A stretch of DNA of 64,000 nucleotides, taken from assembly GCA_958009085.1 (NCBI GenBank), contig OY253678.1, forward strand, positions 124,001 through 188,000, in the 5' to 3' direction. The notes beneath the pieces were generated by a model. The model saw nothing but the letters and a program-made list of their open reading frames with translations. It was not told where the DNA came from and searched no databases. Source of the stretch: Protoeuglena noctilucae (taxonomy: Eukaryota). The translations under genes and the position numbers were made by a program. Below are positions 42,277-55,648 of this stretch, in pieces; position 1 is the stretch's first letter; each line of letters starts with the position of its first letter.

Positions 42277-42956
42277 GCTGGGATGGGAGGGTGCGTGGCG
42301 AGTGGGCGGGAGGGGTGGGTGGGTGGCGGCCACTTGCGTGCATGGCACCCAACATGGCTGGCATGGCTCTGAGCTGGTGCATGGCATTTGCGCGTGCGTG
42401 TGGCTGCGGGTCGAGCGTAGCATCTCTCGGCGTGGGCTGGAGGATGCAGGCAGTGCATGGCATTGAGCACTGCATTTGGCGAAGGCTGATTGCTTGCCAC
42501 GCTGCCGCTGATTGAAGCCAGGGTGTGCAATGTGTGCAACACAGTGGCTGTGGCTCTGACAGCTCGGGAGGCTGTTGGTGACCCGATGCTCGGTTCAAAT
42601 GAATGCTTGTCGCGTGGCGTCCATTGCTTTGGATCCCGGTGGCCGGTGCCCGGCATCAGCAGAACCGCAAGGAGCGCCGCGTTGGTACTGAGACGTGCAC
42701 TGGAATGGGAGCGCCATATTGAGACTAAAATATGCTCTGAAAAGGTATCGTTGCACAGACCCACGCCCATCACTGCTGCTCTGGAGCCCTCGCTGCTTGA
42801 AATGGCCAGGCAGTGCAGAAAGCCTGCCACTCGCACCCTCCACTTCCAAGCGAGCGCTCAGTTCTCAATCACTGCATTTGCGAGGTATGGACGAAGCGCA
42901 AGATCCCAGACAGCCATGCAGGGAGTGCTGTGCGCAATGGCACCCACTGCCTCGCC

Positions 42957-43832
42957 TTAGCACCACTGCCCAGCTGACTCACCGTAGATGCTCGTGTCTG
43001 CCGCCGCCTCCAAGTCGCTCCCCGCCATCATCTGCCCCAGCCCCCTCATGTCCAAAATCGCCAGCACCGCCACCGCGTGACCCCGCACCAGCCCCCGCAG
43101 CGCCGCCCGCCTCCCCGCAGTGCCGTACGCCGTCTCGCCCGCCCATACCTGCACCGCCGCCACCTTGCCCTCCACCCCCGCCCCCTCCCGCCCCAGCCAC
43201 GCCTCCCACGCCCCCCCCGCATCATATGCCGCGGCGATGCACCCCGGCCGCCCCTGCAGCGCCACGGACTGCACCGGCACGGGCCTCGCTGCGTCGTCCA
43301 TTGCCCGCCTCAGGGAGCTGAGGTTGACCAGGAGCCGCGCCTGTGGGGCGCTGCCTTCCTGCCCGTCCCTGCTGCGCGGACCGTGCTCGGCATCAGCGCC
43401 TAACCCGTTCCCGGCCTCCCGTGCTGCGTCCCACTGCGCCACCAGCACTGCGTTGGCTTCCCGGTCGGAAATCATCACCACGGCGCCGTCGGGCAGCAGC
43501 AGCAGGGCGTCCGGCACGCGCAGGTACTCGTTGTGCGCGCCCGGCTGGGGCTCTGGCACCCTGAGCCGTGCGTATGGGGTGCGCGCGCAAAGCATCGTCA
43601 GTTTGGACCGGAACGATCGTGCATAGGGCCTTTTGCAGTGTGTCAGAAAACCGCTTCTTGTCAGAAAACACAGCCCAGAGAAAGCACTGGACGCCGCTCC
43701 ACACAACAATTCGTCGATGTCGGACGTTGGCGGGAGCAACCCGCCCGAGGGTTGCGTCCGCAGGCACTCGGCCGCTCCCTTGCGTCGCTCCGCGGCCCCC
43801 GGTGCGCCGCCCTGCCAGTCGACAATCGACAT
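42957..43832 (-). pseudogene. Probable C-terminal fragment of a large DUF3638/DUF3645-type algal protein (short gene or relic)
   Basis: HNEYLRVPDALLLLPDGAVVMISDREANAVL...VQVWAGETAYGT...RAALRGL...ILDMRG...GSDLEAA resembles, from memory, the C-terminus of giant chlorophyte DUF3638 proteins. There is no room upstream for the rest of such a gene. Confidence 0.4.
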
Positions 43833-43999
43833 TGCCCCGTTGCCATCCCGGCGTGGTCTCTCGGCCGACCCTGCGGCCCGGGTGTGAATAATCTCGTGTC
43901 GGGACTCGCGAGCAGGGCGTTGCGCCCGTGCGACACCTTTCATTGCTGAAAAACGACGCGAAGGAGTGTGAATCAGGCTGTCGCGGTCCGAGAGGACGG

Positions 44000-46900
44000 A
44001 TGACGGTGACTGGGGAGGGCCGGGTACTTGAGTACAAAAGACCGGGGCTGCGCGCGACGCAGGGGCCACCCGGCACTGTGCGGCTGGCTGTGTGGGGATA
44101 TCACGACGTCGTTGTGCCGCACGCACTGTTGGCTGGTGCGCAAATGGTCTGCGCCAGTGGGTAATGCCGACATGCCGAGGCCGTGCCCCTGCAGGAGGTC
44201 GAGGCCGCGCCGGTCCCCGCGGGGACGCCGTCGTCGAACGGCCAAGCGTCGAAGATGGCGGCGCTGCGCGAGTCGCCGGAGCCGGACCTGGTTTCGCTTC
44301 CGGACCGCTCTGGGCGCGGGTCTCAGCATCCCAAGCGCCCCTCCTCCACGGCCCCTGCGCCCGGCGAGGAGTTCAGAGCTGGCACATTCGCGGGCCAATC
44401 CAACGACCGCGCGAGGGCGTCTCCGGAGACCATTCCGGGATCCACGGGGACGGCGTCCCTGCCCCGGCGTGCCTCGGGCGCCGCTGCCCTGCGATCCCCG
44501 TCCCCCGCCGCGTCCGCGCCGCCAAACATCTCGCGAGGCGCGTCCCCCGCTCCCCGACAGTCGCCGACGCCCCGAGGGAGCTCCGGCAACCCCACGGACA
44601 GCCCGCTGTCCCAGGCCCGGCAAGCCCAGCCGGACCCGGTCACGGCTGCGACGGACGCAGCGGCGGCAGCGGCAGCGATCGCGGATGCCGCCGCCTCTCC
44701 TCTCGCTATGCCGCCCTCGTCCATGCGAAAGGACGTCCCTCGCGCACGTGAGACCAGCGAGCCGTGCTTCGCCCAACACAAGTCACACGTCGAGGGTGTT
44801 GCCCAGCTCCCATGCCGCGCAGTGTTAAGACGCACGGGATCTCCTTTGCATGGAGTACTCCGTTTCCGTCATCGCAGTGCGGGTGTTGGTGGAAAAGTAC
44901 CCCCGTGCGGACGTGGCTGCGTTTGACAAGCTCTACGCAGCGGCGCGTGCTTTCCGGAGGTACCGCGACGTGGAGGCCGAGGCGATCGTGCGCTTCGGGA
45001 AGTCGGGCGTGGCTAACCTCGACGTCCGCGACGCCATGAGCCTCGTGGCCTCAGGTCAGCGTTTTGGTCATAAGTGATGCAGTAGCTCTGCCCATGCCTG
45101 GCTCAGCTGTCGAGCTACCCCACTTTCAGCAACTGCAAGAAGCTTCGATGCTCAGTCCCTAGAACATAACACTTCCTTGCGCGAGGCATCCCAGCCACCG
45201 CTGCCCTGAGTCGTCCCCCTGCAGGTGTCCGGTCCACGGCTGCGCACGTCTACGCCCCGTACGGCGTCCTCACGCGCATCCCAGGGCCGGACTCGGCCCC
45301 GTCTCTGCGCCCCCGGTCCCGGAGCCACGAGCCCCAGGGCTCAGCCACCCCCGCGCTGCGTGCGGCACGGCAGCTGCTGGCGGGGGGGCGCCGGATGTCT
45401 GACGCGGGAGTGATGGAGCGGGAGGCGATGGGGAGCGTGGGGAGGGTGCCGGTGAGCGCGCGGGATGCTCGTGTGCATGCACATGAGAGCGCCCAGCTGC
45501 TGAAGGGTCCGTGCGTGGGCCCGCATGCTCATGCATGGAGGGCAGACGGCACGCGGCGTGATACGAAGGGTGGTGCCTTCTCCCGCACTGCAGTGGGACC
45601 CCTTAGCGCCCGAGACGGAGATCCAGTCGACGCTGCGGAACCGCTTCACGGGCAGGAAGGACCTGCAGAGGCGTCTGAAAGAGCTGGAGGCCAAGCGCAG
45701 GTCCAGGGACGGCCCACCTGGGCTGAGGATGTCCAATGCAGGGGATGGCTCAGAGAAGGCCGACAAGCACCCGTGGCACAAGGCGAGCGGGGAGTGGTGT
45801 GGTCGGTCAGTTGTTGGCGACAAAGCAGCGGTTGTTGCAGTTGTGCGCTGTTGTGGCCGAGTTGATGTCGGCGGGACACAGATGCAACGCCACAGCTGTG
45901 ATAGGTAGAGTTACATACAATAATACGACAGGAATGCTTTGTTGTTGCAGGATGTGACGGAGAAGGGCGCCCGCCTGGGGTCATCGCTGTCGGGCGCGGT
46001 GTCCCTGGCGTGCCCCCTGCCACCCGAGCTGTGGGCGGTGGCTGCGGGGGTGGAGGCGGTGTGCGCGGAGAAGCGGGAGGGCAACAAGGCGTACGCAGTC
46101 GGGATGGACGCGGTGCTGGGGGCGGCGCACCCTTACATGGTGCTACGGCCACAGAGGGTGAGGGGATGCACAGGGTGTGGTGGGAATGCATGGGCTGCCT
46201 GTCGTGCCATGGTACTGGATCGATACAAACAAGTTATGCGTATCCACGTACTCTCCCGCACAGGCCAAGGAGGCTGCAGACCGCGTGCGTGTGCTGTCGG
46301 TGTATCAGGAGATGGGCATGCTCGTGACGATGCAGGGGTCCGACGACGACGAAGCCAGGCGAGATGGAATCGATGTTTGACAATGTCTGTGTTCTCTTGC
46401 TGTGAGGAGAGGACGTTCCTGTCGTGGTCAGATCATAAGCAGCTGGGTTTTGGCGATGCTGCACGGTCATCGTGATCATGCGGAGCAACTGCGGCGTACG
46501 TTTCATTTATCTTTCGTAGCGCAGCCTTCTTGTCTCCGCAAATTAGCATATTTCACTCCAGTTGATCCACTTTCATTCCCCTCTCTCACTCACCCCGCAG
46601 CGACCCCCGCCTGAGCGTGGGACCCAACAGCCGCGCCAGTGCGTCGGGCAACCCCCGCGTCAGCATGCAAGAATCGGCAGGGCCCGGCCGCAGGAACCAG
46701 CGCCGGTCGGTGGCGGGGGACGGCCCCGGCGCCCTCGACGGGGCCGTGTCTGGCGGGGAGGGTTTCTTCGCCAAGCACCGCAACTCGGCGCGACGGTCAA
46801 GCCTGAGCCGCGGCCCCATGGCGTCGGCAGGGATGGCGGACATGGAGGCACCGCCGACGGCGTCGGGGAGCGAGGGCTTCTTGGCCAGGTTCCGCCGCAC

Positions 46901-49900
46901 TTCGCAGGCACGGAACGCGGTCGCAGGGGAGGGCGGGGTGGAGGGCGGCGATGGGGGCGCGCCCTCGTTGCGGCGGCGGAGCCTGTCGCAGCCCAAAGAG
47001 AGCCAGGGGGACGGGAGAGAGGAAGGTGAGGGTGCGGGGCGTGTTTATGCGCGAGGGAGGGGCTGAGCACTGCGGGGTGTTGGTGATGACAGGGGGGTGT
47101 GGGCGTGGTTAGCTTGAGTGCAAGATGGTGTCTTTGATGGAAACATAGATGGGTATCAACAGAAGTACCGACATCATGGATTCCTCTTCTCCTCTCAGGC
47201 ACAGCATTCACACGAGAGGCCACGGCCCCAGCCAACAACGGTCGCAGTCGCCTGGGCACCATGTCCCGCCACAGCACCGCCGAGGCACCCCGGGCAGAGA
47301 CCAGAGACGGTGAGGGATGGGCAGAGAGCAGGGACGGCGAGGGATGGTAGAGAGCATGGGTGGTGAGCTGCAAACATACTGGGACAAGGGATGCCAGCCA
47401 ACACTTGTTCCTCGACTCGACAAACCCTAATCCACCCGTACAAGCCCTTTCCTAACCAGCCCGCCGCCGACAAGCACCCCCCCCACCCCTTCCCCCCCAG
47501 CCCGCCAGTCCATGCGCCGCTCCACGGAGGCCCGCCTCGCCAACCGCGGATCCATTGACAGCGTCAGCACCACCGCCAACACCGCACCGGGCGCCGCGTC
47601 CAAGAACTCGTCCCTCGGGCGGCAGGGGGCGAGCGACACGGGGGACGAGGCCGCCCCCAGGCACGCTTCCCTGGGCAGGGCTGGCCCTTCTGCAGCCGCC
47701 GCAGCCACAGCCACAGCCGCGGCCCGCCCCGTCCCATCCACCACGTCGCTGGGGTGCGGGCCCATGGCAGCCCCGGGCCCCGACCGCGGGCGGCTGCCAT
47801 CGCTGCCCGAGGACCCCACATTGCAAGACGCTGCGAATGCAGCCGCACCCGCGCGGCTGGCGGGGGTGCGGGAGGAGGAGGGCCTGGAGAGCTCTCACCC
47901 GAGCCAGTCGGCAGCTGAGGAATTTTCGAAAGAAAAGTACCCCAAGGTGTCGGCGTTTGAGGGCGGGGGCGGGGAGGTGACGGGGTACGACGGCGAGGGG
48001 GGCGGGGGACTGTTCAAGGAGAGGGGCGGGAGCGGGGGCAGGAGCCCGTTCGCGAGCAGCCGTGATGCGCGATTGTCCAAGCCCTCCCGCCTGCGGGCCA
48101 AGTCGGGGGGGGACGGGGCGGACGGTGCGCCGGAGCCGGCGTTTGGCGAAGACAGCTTCCGGTGAGGGTGCTTGCGGGGTGGGTGTGGTGCTAATTTTGG
48201 GCCCTCCTTGCGCAGTTGTCTCCATCCCCATTCCATACCATCTCCCTGCTCCACTCCCCCAGTCGCACTTCGCAAGAGCCCTCGCCCGTCTCGGCCTTCA
48301 AGGCCAACGCCAAGGCCTCCCGGGCATCCCGCGCCTCCATCAGTGACAAACTCACGGGGTTCTTCCACCGCAAGAGCCAACACCTGACGAACACGGAGGC
48401 CAACCGGGGATCAAGAGTGTCCCAGGACTCGGGGGGGCCCACGAGCCCCACGGCCAAGGCGGGGAGACGGAGGTCCATCGGGGTGAGGGGACGACTGTAA
48501 CTGATGACTGCGCCGTGTTGCATATCGCATGTGTTTGGATGCGAACAATGAGCTCTTGGTAGGACAGCCGTTGCTGTTAAGGGAAGGTGTGACCGGTGTG
48601 ATATGATCCCCCATGCTGTGACCCAACTGCAGGCGTTTGGCGCAGCGCTGCGGAAGGAGGACGTCAACATGTCTCTGGATGCCCTGCGACGCACCGCGCA
48701 TGACCCCCTCTACTGGGAACTGGCGAGGCCCTTCTACCGCATCGCACACCGGTCGTACCCGGCCCTGTCGATGGTGAGGGATCCATGATGGCGTACTGCT
48801 CTTGCTTACTACATATTTCTGCCTGGCTGGCTTGCTGTTGCTCAGTAGCAACTCCTGACTGATGGGCTGTCAGTCACAATCGCCTCTATCTTGGTCTCGA
48901 AGTCGCAATCCCATGCAGGAGCCCTGCGCGCTGCTTGCTTGTGACTCTCTTACTGCCAATGATTGCCACTACTTACACCCGCGTCCCTTCTCACCTCACA
49001 GGAGCCCAGCGTGCACGCGGGGGTCTTCCGCACCTGGTCCCTCTCCCAGTCCCCCCGGCCGGGGTTCGAGGTGCTCCACGCCATCAACGTGTTGAGGAAC
49101 GAGCTCGTGGTCGTCAAGCTGTTCAACATCAGGCTCATGAACGACGCGGCCGTGAAGGGGGTGGCGCAGGAGGTGCTGGTCAGGCGAGTGACGTCGGGGA
49201 TGCATGCAGAGCCGATGCCAGATATGTCCATATTCGTGATATGTGACTGTACCATGTATCAGATATCAAGCAGGCGACTCGCCACCTGTGCACTGGTGAC
49301 TCCTGCCATCCGCTGTTGCTTGTCGCATGCACTGTTTTGGCAAGGCGATGCCTCGATCAACACCCAACGCCCAGACACGACGCACATCCTCACATCCCCA
49401 CATCCTCACACCCTCACATCTTCACCCACCCCGTCCCACTTTTGTGCTTCCAGGGAGACGCTGTACCACCGCGGCCTGGATCCCTACGTGGGCACCTTCG
49501 TGCACGGGTCGGTGATTGGCGTGGTGACGCGCGCCAGCACAGCGGGGGACTTCCTGCGACACGCAGTCATGGACACTCCCTTAGGTCGCATGGATGAGAA
49601 CTCGGTGGTTGCCAGGGTGCTGCTGCCCGTCATGATGGCCCTGCAGCACATGCACGCGCGGGGGCTGGTGCACCGGAACGTGAGGCCCGAGTATGTCGTG
49701 GAGGGGGTGTCGGGGGTGGCGAGATTAGGGGGTCTGCAGCACGTGGCCAGGGCGGACGAGAGACCCAGCAGCCCCATCGGGCCACTGGACTACATGGCAC
49801 CGGAGATGATACTGGTGAGCATAAATGGTTGGTGGCATTATTGATTGCAAGCAGTGGATCGGCTTAGTGGGCCACTGGACTACATGGCACCGGAGATGTG

Positions 49901-52900
49901 ACTGGTGAGGACAAGTGGTTGGTTGTATGATTGATTGCAAGCAGTGGATCGTCTCAGTGATGATGCTGGTGAGCGTGGCAGGTTATCTTAATGCCTTGCT
50001 GTGGGAAACTCACATCTGACGGTCTCTGGTATCAACACCGACTTTCAAACGCTCTCACCTTCACTTCCTGTCCCCTTTCTTCCGCAGTGTTCGTATGCCA
50101 AGCAGCGCCGGAGCCACGCGCACCACGCCGCCAAGCGCGCCCCCTCCGCTCGTCTTGCCTCGTTCCGCATCCCATCCCTGCGCAAGCGCCGCAACGCGAG
50201 CTTCAAAGCAGACGACCCCTCGGCTGCCAACGAGGGCGCGCCTGGGCCCATGCGGCTGCTGTCGGGGATCGTGAGGCGCCTGTCGCAGCGCATGTCCGCC
50301 AAGGGACCAGCACTGGACGACTCGCAGGGGTGAGTGGGGTTGGGGATGGAGGGGTGGCAGGGTTGATGGATGGGTGATCACAGTGGTGGTAAAGGGATGA
50401 CGGTATTGATGGAGTGGTGGCTGCAGTGACGAGGGGTGGCAGTAATGAAAATGTCTCCAACGTGCATTTCTAAATCTCCTTCACGCTGCCCCCCCTTCTC
50501 AGGGACGGTGGTGCCGGTACGCTCGTGACGCGCCTGTCCGGCATCTTCGGCCTCAACCAAGACCGCCGCTCTTCCCACGACCGTCGGAGGTCGCATGAGA
50601 GTCGCGAGGGGGGTGGTGGGGCGCGGCAGTCCTTGGACATGGCCGTGAGGAGAAACACGGCGTCGCAGGAGACGGTGGGGGATGGGGATAAGAAGGTGAG
50701 GGAGACAGCAAAGGATTGTTACTCTGAGGCTAAACGCAAGAAAACAAGACGCACAAATATCAACTTTGACCTTCGTACCCCCAAACACGCTCGCTCACCT
50801 CCCCATCCCCACAGCGCCCGAGTGCCGAGCGCCCCACGGCAGCCCTGGCCCCTCACCCGCACCGCCCCAGCGCCGAGCGTCGCAGCATGGAGGACATGGG
50901 CCCGCGTCCCCACCGCCACTCCCACGGGCAGTCAAATACGAACCCCGTGGACCCATCCCTGCTCCTCGCCAACCTGGCCCCTTCGCACCCCGGCGCGCCG
51001 CTGCCACCCAAGGCACCCAAGGCGGATTTCAAAAATGGCCCAAGCGCTGGTCAGGATTCGAACGGAGCGGACGCAAGAGAAGGAGCGGCGGCGGTGGCGG
51101 TGGTGGCGGCGGGGCGTACGCGGATCAGCTTTGGCAATGGCGAAGAGCACGTGGGAAGGGAGGCGGGGGCGTTGGAGGGCGAGGGGGTGCCCCTGCAGGC
51201 GGCGGTGAGCGCGGGGGGTGGCGCGGTGACTGGGGTGCGGCCCAAGAGCGCGGTGGGCGAGGGGCGTGGCCAGGGAATGGGTTCGAGTCCCATGGAGGCT
51301 CCCAGGCGCACGGCCAAGTCCGTTCGTATCGGCGATGATGCGATGGAGGCCACCGACCCAGAAATGGGAAGGGTGCATGGAGATGTCGCGGCTACGGGTG
51401 CGGATGGGGCGGGGGAGGGGCGCCGCGTGCGGATGGTGGAGGTGGCGGCGGCGCCGGAAAAGGCAGGGGGTTTGCGCGAAGGTGAGTGGGAGAGAGAGCG
51501 GGTGGTGCGGTGTGCAGAATCGTACAGACTGGTAAGGCTGTGTGATGGTAAGTGGCGGAGAGTGTGGGAGTTTGGGGTGCGATGGTAGCCTTGTTCATCC
51601 CCATTCTACCCATCTCGTCGCTCCCCCGCAGCCGCCAAGGTAGTCTCCAAGTCCCGGCAGTACTCTCGCAAGGCCTCGGTGGCGGCCTCGTTCCGCAAGC
51701 GCGGCACGAACGGCATGGGGCTGATCAAGAGCATGTTTCACGGGGGCGGGCGTCGTGGTGGGGATGGCCAAGATTCTGACAAGGAGGGCGACGTGGAGGA
51801 GGGAGAGGGGGAGGAGGACGAGGAGGACTACTACGAAGAGTGAGGGTGGATGGATAAGGGTGGATAAGTGTGGATGCGAGTGTATGGGGATGGGTGTGGA
51901 TGGGACGGCATGGGAGTGTAGTGCATGGTAGTGTGGCTGTTCCTGTCCAGCACAACTGGTACCATAAGTATAAGTAGACAGTGCATTACGTTGACCATTG
52001 CGCACAGTACGTGTGACATGCTCGACCCTTTCCGTGCCTCTGCCCCTCACAGTGACGCCCCCGGTGGCCCCGCCCCCCGCGTCCCCGACCTGTGGTATTC
52101 CGACAAAGTGGACACGTGGTCCCTGGGGTGCCTGGCATTCGAGTTGCTCTGCGGCAAGTGTCCCTTTGAGGTCGAGGACGCCACGCAGGCCGCCGGGCTC
52201 ATTCTGTTCGGGGAGATCAGCCAGGTAAGATGGATTGCATGCTGTTCAAGGAGATCAGATTAGTGCGGTGGGACATGTGGTGGTCGCATGCTGAGTGCTG
52301 AGATCAACCAGGTGATTGGCTGTCACTGACGTAGTTACGCTCGCACACTCGCATGGCAGTGGCACTCTGAACTACAATCGCATCCTCTATATCTCCCCCA
52401 CATATGCAGTTCCCCGATTACATCTCTCCCGAGGCCGCCGACTTCATCCGCCAGGCCCTGGCCAAGTCTCCCGACGCGCGCCCCACCGTCACGGACCTCC
52501 TCTCCCACCCTCTCATGACGGTGCACACGGCCAAGGCAAGGGAGGTGTGGAAGCTGGAAGAACTAATTGAACAGCAGGTGGCGAGGGACGCGGCGAACCA
52601 GGGGCCCGGGATGGGGCTGGGTCCCGGGGGCACGCTACCGGTGGGGCCGGCGGGGGTGAGGGCGTCGATGGACGGTGGGGCGGGGAGCTCCGATGAGGAG
52701 GGGCAGGCGGGGTTCCGGCTGCCGTGGAGGAATCGGGGGAAGAGGGCATTCGAGGTGGGTGTGGGGTGGGTAGCAGGGAAGTGAGAGGGGTGATGTGCGC
52801 GGGGACGGGGGCGGGTGGATGGGATGGGGTCCGTCCCCATCTCCCTCTTTGACCCGTCTCATGCCTACTTGGGGATCTGTTGGGTCCCTCTGGTATGTGC

Positions 52901-53160
52901 ACCGTCCAACCCACCCCTATCCTGTTATCTCTCAGGTCCCGGCCAATGAGCGTCGTCGTCTGGTCGAGTCCCTGCAGCAGCGCATGATGCAGGCGGACCT
53001 CGCGTGGTTCATCAAGGAAGCGGACGTGTGCACCGGGCGGCTGTCGGGGGGACAGGGTGCGGGGGCGGGGCAGAGCAGCGCCGAGGCGCCTCGCAAGCGG
53101 TGGTGGTTTGGGGGAGCGGGGCGGGGGCGGCGAACGGGGGCGGTGGCCCCTGCGACCTGA
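44000..53160 (+). CDS. Large multi-exon Aurora-like Ser/Thr pseudokinase with low-complexity regions (5' half may be a separate gene)
   Basis: VVVKLF, LQHMHARGLVHRNVRPE, RLGGL and GPLDYMAPEM. After a long insert come YSDKVDTWSLGCLAFELLCGKCPFE and FPDYISPEAADFIRQAL.KSPDARPTVTDLLSHP. TGTAA at 53168. Confidence 0.75.
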
Positions 53161-53699
53161 CGGACAGTGTAAGAAGTGAAGGGGCGGTGGGAGCACGGCG
53201 AGGGTCGTGCTTCGTTCTGCGGCAAGCATGGATGCACCACACGCGATGACGTTCCACACCCACGCCCACCCTACTGTTCTGGGCTAGTAGCAATAGTGCC
53301 ATCACTGTCCACGTGCCCCCTGTGCGAGCATCGACCCCACCACTCGCTTCGGTTCGCTGTCATCCTTTGGATAGCTCACGGGGGGCACCCACCGCATGTG
53401 CTGTCAAGAGGTAGTCATGTTTAGAGAAAGCGTCCCGCACACTGTTCCATGGCCGGCGAGGCCTCTCCCGGACTTGTGCAGACGCTGGGATGGACCACCC
53501 ACAAGTGTTTTTGTGTGGGCTAGGTAGCGCATGCAGTGACTTGTGACGGGGCACATCGACGTCTCCTCGCCCAGCAGAGGCAGGGGATCGAGCCCATCGT
53601 GATGACATCGTAGTCGTGACCTGTTCTTTTTCGGCGAACATTTTTGACCCATCCGCTTTGGTTCAATGCCGAGCGTACACGTGAACGCCAACATGTGCC

Positions 53700-54402
53700 C
53701 TAGTGCTTGGTGAGCTTCGCCAGGCGCTTGTTGGCCTTGGCCACCACATCCATGTCCTTCTTCTTAAGCGCGTACTCCACGTCACGGGCAGCCTGCGGGC
53801 AGGAGCCCACACGTTGCAGCGTGTAAACGTACACAAGGCAGGCTCGACGAGGGGCAGGGGCGTGGAGGAGCGGACGTGGGGCCCGCGGGCCCACGCGTAC
53901 GTCCCCTTTTGGTAACCAGCGCGGCAGGAAGAGTCACGCTAGCCGGAGATCGCGACCCGCGCGGCCGCACTCACCCACTCGATCTCGGAAACCTTGGGCG
54001 CGGGCCGGGTGAAGTAGAGGAGACCTCCCCAGATACCCACCATGCCCCCGATGAACTTCTCCATGTCTGCGGCGAGGGCAGGCAGCGCCGCGGTGGTCCA
54101 GAGCGCAGCACAATGCCAAGCGCACCTGCACGAGGTGCGGACGCGCGCGCCCCGCGTCTGAGCTGTCTCAGGCCACGGCGATCAGTCGGACGCGGGAGAA
54201 CGGAGCGCGTGGCCCCCCGCAGGCGACGTTGTGGGCAGCAGGGGCGCGGTCCCGCACACCGCAGCCACGGCAGGCCAGCAGCGAGGGACTGGCGCTCGCT
54301 GCGGGCCCAGCACTCACTCATGTCCCTCTTGATGGTCTGATGAAGGCTCCCGAGCCCCCTCCCCGTCGTGAAGAGCCCCGCAACGTACGAAGTCGACGCC
54401 AT
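53700..54402 (-). CDS. Small (~89 aa) single-pass membrane protein, 3 exons
   Basis: Canonical GT-AG splicing gives MASTSYVAGLFTTGRGLGSLHQTIKRDMNMEKFIGGMVGIWGGLLYFTRPAPKVSEIEW|AARDVEYALKKKDMDVVAKANKRLAKLTKH*. Confidence 0.65.
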
Positions 54403-54933
54403 CGTGACCTCCCGGGCCGAGAGAGGTGCGCCGCACGATAGCAAGGCCCAAACCGGCTCGTGTGATGTGTCAGCCGGCATGCGTCGCGGGCGCGGAGAGG
54501 CAAGCCTCCTCCAGTCAGACCTGACCCCGTTTTCCCCTGTCAGAGCGCGATGGCACCGGAGTTCCCGTCCCCACGCGCCAAACGAGGCTCATTACAGCCT
54601 TCGGTAGAGGGCTTCCGGCGCTGGGGTGGTGGATCTCACTGGCCAGCGTCGGCCGCTCAACGAAGTGGCAGAGGTATCGCGTTGCAGGGCTGTGTGACTT
54701 CTAGGAGTACCGCTTGTAGCATCAGACGGTTCGCTGGTCGAGGGGCGCGTGGCTCGGAGGAGGAGCGACGCCCAGCGTGCGCAGGGGGTGAGGCGCCTCG
54801 TAGAGCGGTGTCCTTGATCTTTGCCGGACGTCATGTCATCTGGATTTGTCATTCACGTCGATCGCTCGTGGGGAACGATCTGTTTCACCCGCAGGTGGGC
54901 CGGGAGACCGGGGAGAGCGTGCGCCGGGACGGA

Positions 54934-55648
54934 ATGTTGCCCCAGACGCTCTTGAGGGCCGCGCAGGGCCACCCCGTCCTGGTGGAACTGAAGTCGGGAG
55001 AGACGTTCAACGGACACCTTGTTCTGTGCGACACGTGAGGCTTCACGCGCCGAGGAGATGCCTGCTTGCCGCGGGCGCTTGCTGCGTCCTGCCGGCCGCC
55101 CGATGGCCGCCCATCCACATCCCCCGCAGCTGGATGAACATCCACTTGCGGGAAGTCATCTGCACAAGTCGTGACGGCGACCGGTTCTGGCGGATGGCGG
55201 AGGTGTACGTTCGGGGCACAAACATCAAGTACTTGCGCGTCCCCGACGAGGCCACGGCCAAGATCACGCAGGAGGACATGGAGAAGGGTGAGACAGGGGC
55301 GCGGCGGGGTTGCCAGAGGGGGCCACATGCAGCACAGCGCGGTGGGCAACGTGCCCGTCGGGGGTGCAGCGATGCTGCGCAACGCCTGGCGCCAGCGCTG
55401 TTAGACCCTCTTTCTACGAGCACATGGTTGCAATCAACGAGTCGCTGTGCCACGCAGAGAGGGAGGCGATGCTGACCGGGGGTCGTGGGGGTCGCGGGAG
55501 GGGCGGAGCTCCGGGTGGGCGGGGGCGTGGCGATGGGCGGGGGCGTGGCGATGGGCGGGGGCGCGGGCGGGGCCAGGAGGGGCGTGGGCGGGGTCAGGAG
55601 GGGCGCGGGAGGGGCAGGGGCGGAGATGGTGGGCGTGGGCGGGGCTGA
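54934..55648 (+). CDS. LSM4: U6 snRNA-associated Sm-like protein LSm4
   Basis: [73 protein letters not shown] followed by an RG-rich tail. Confidence 0.97.
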
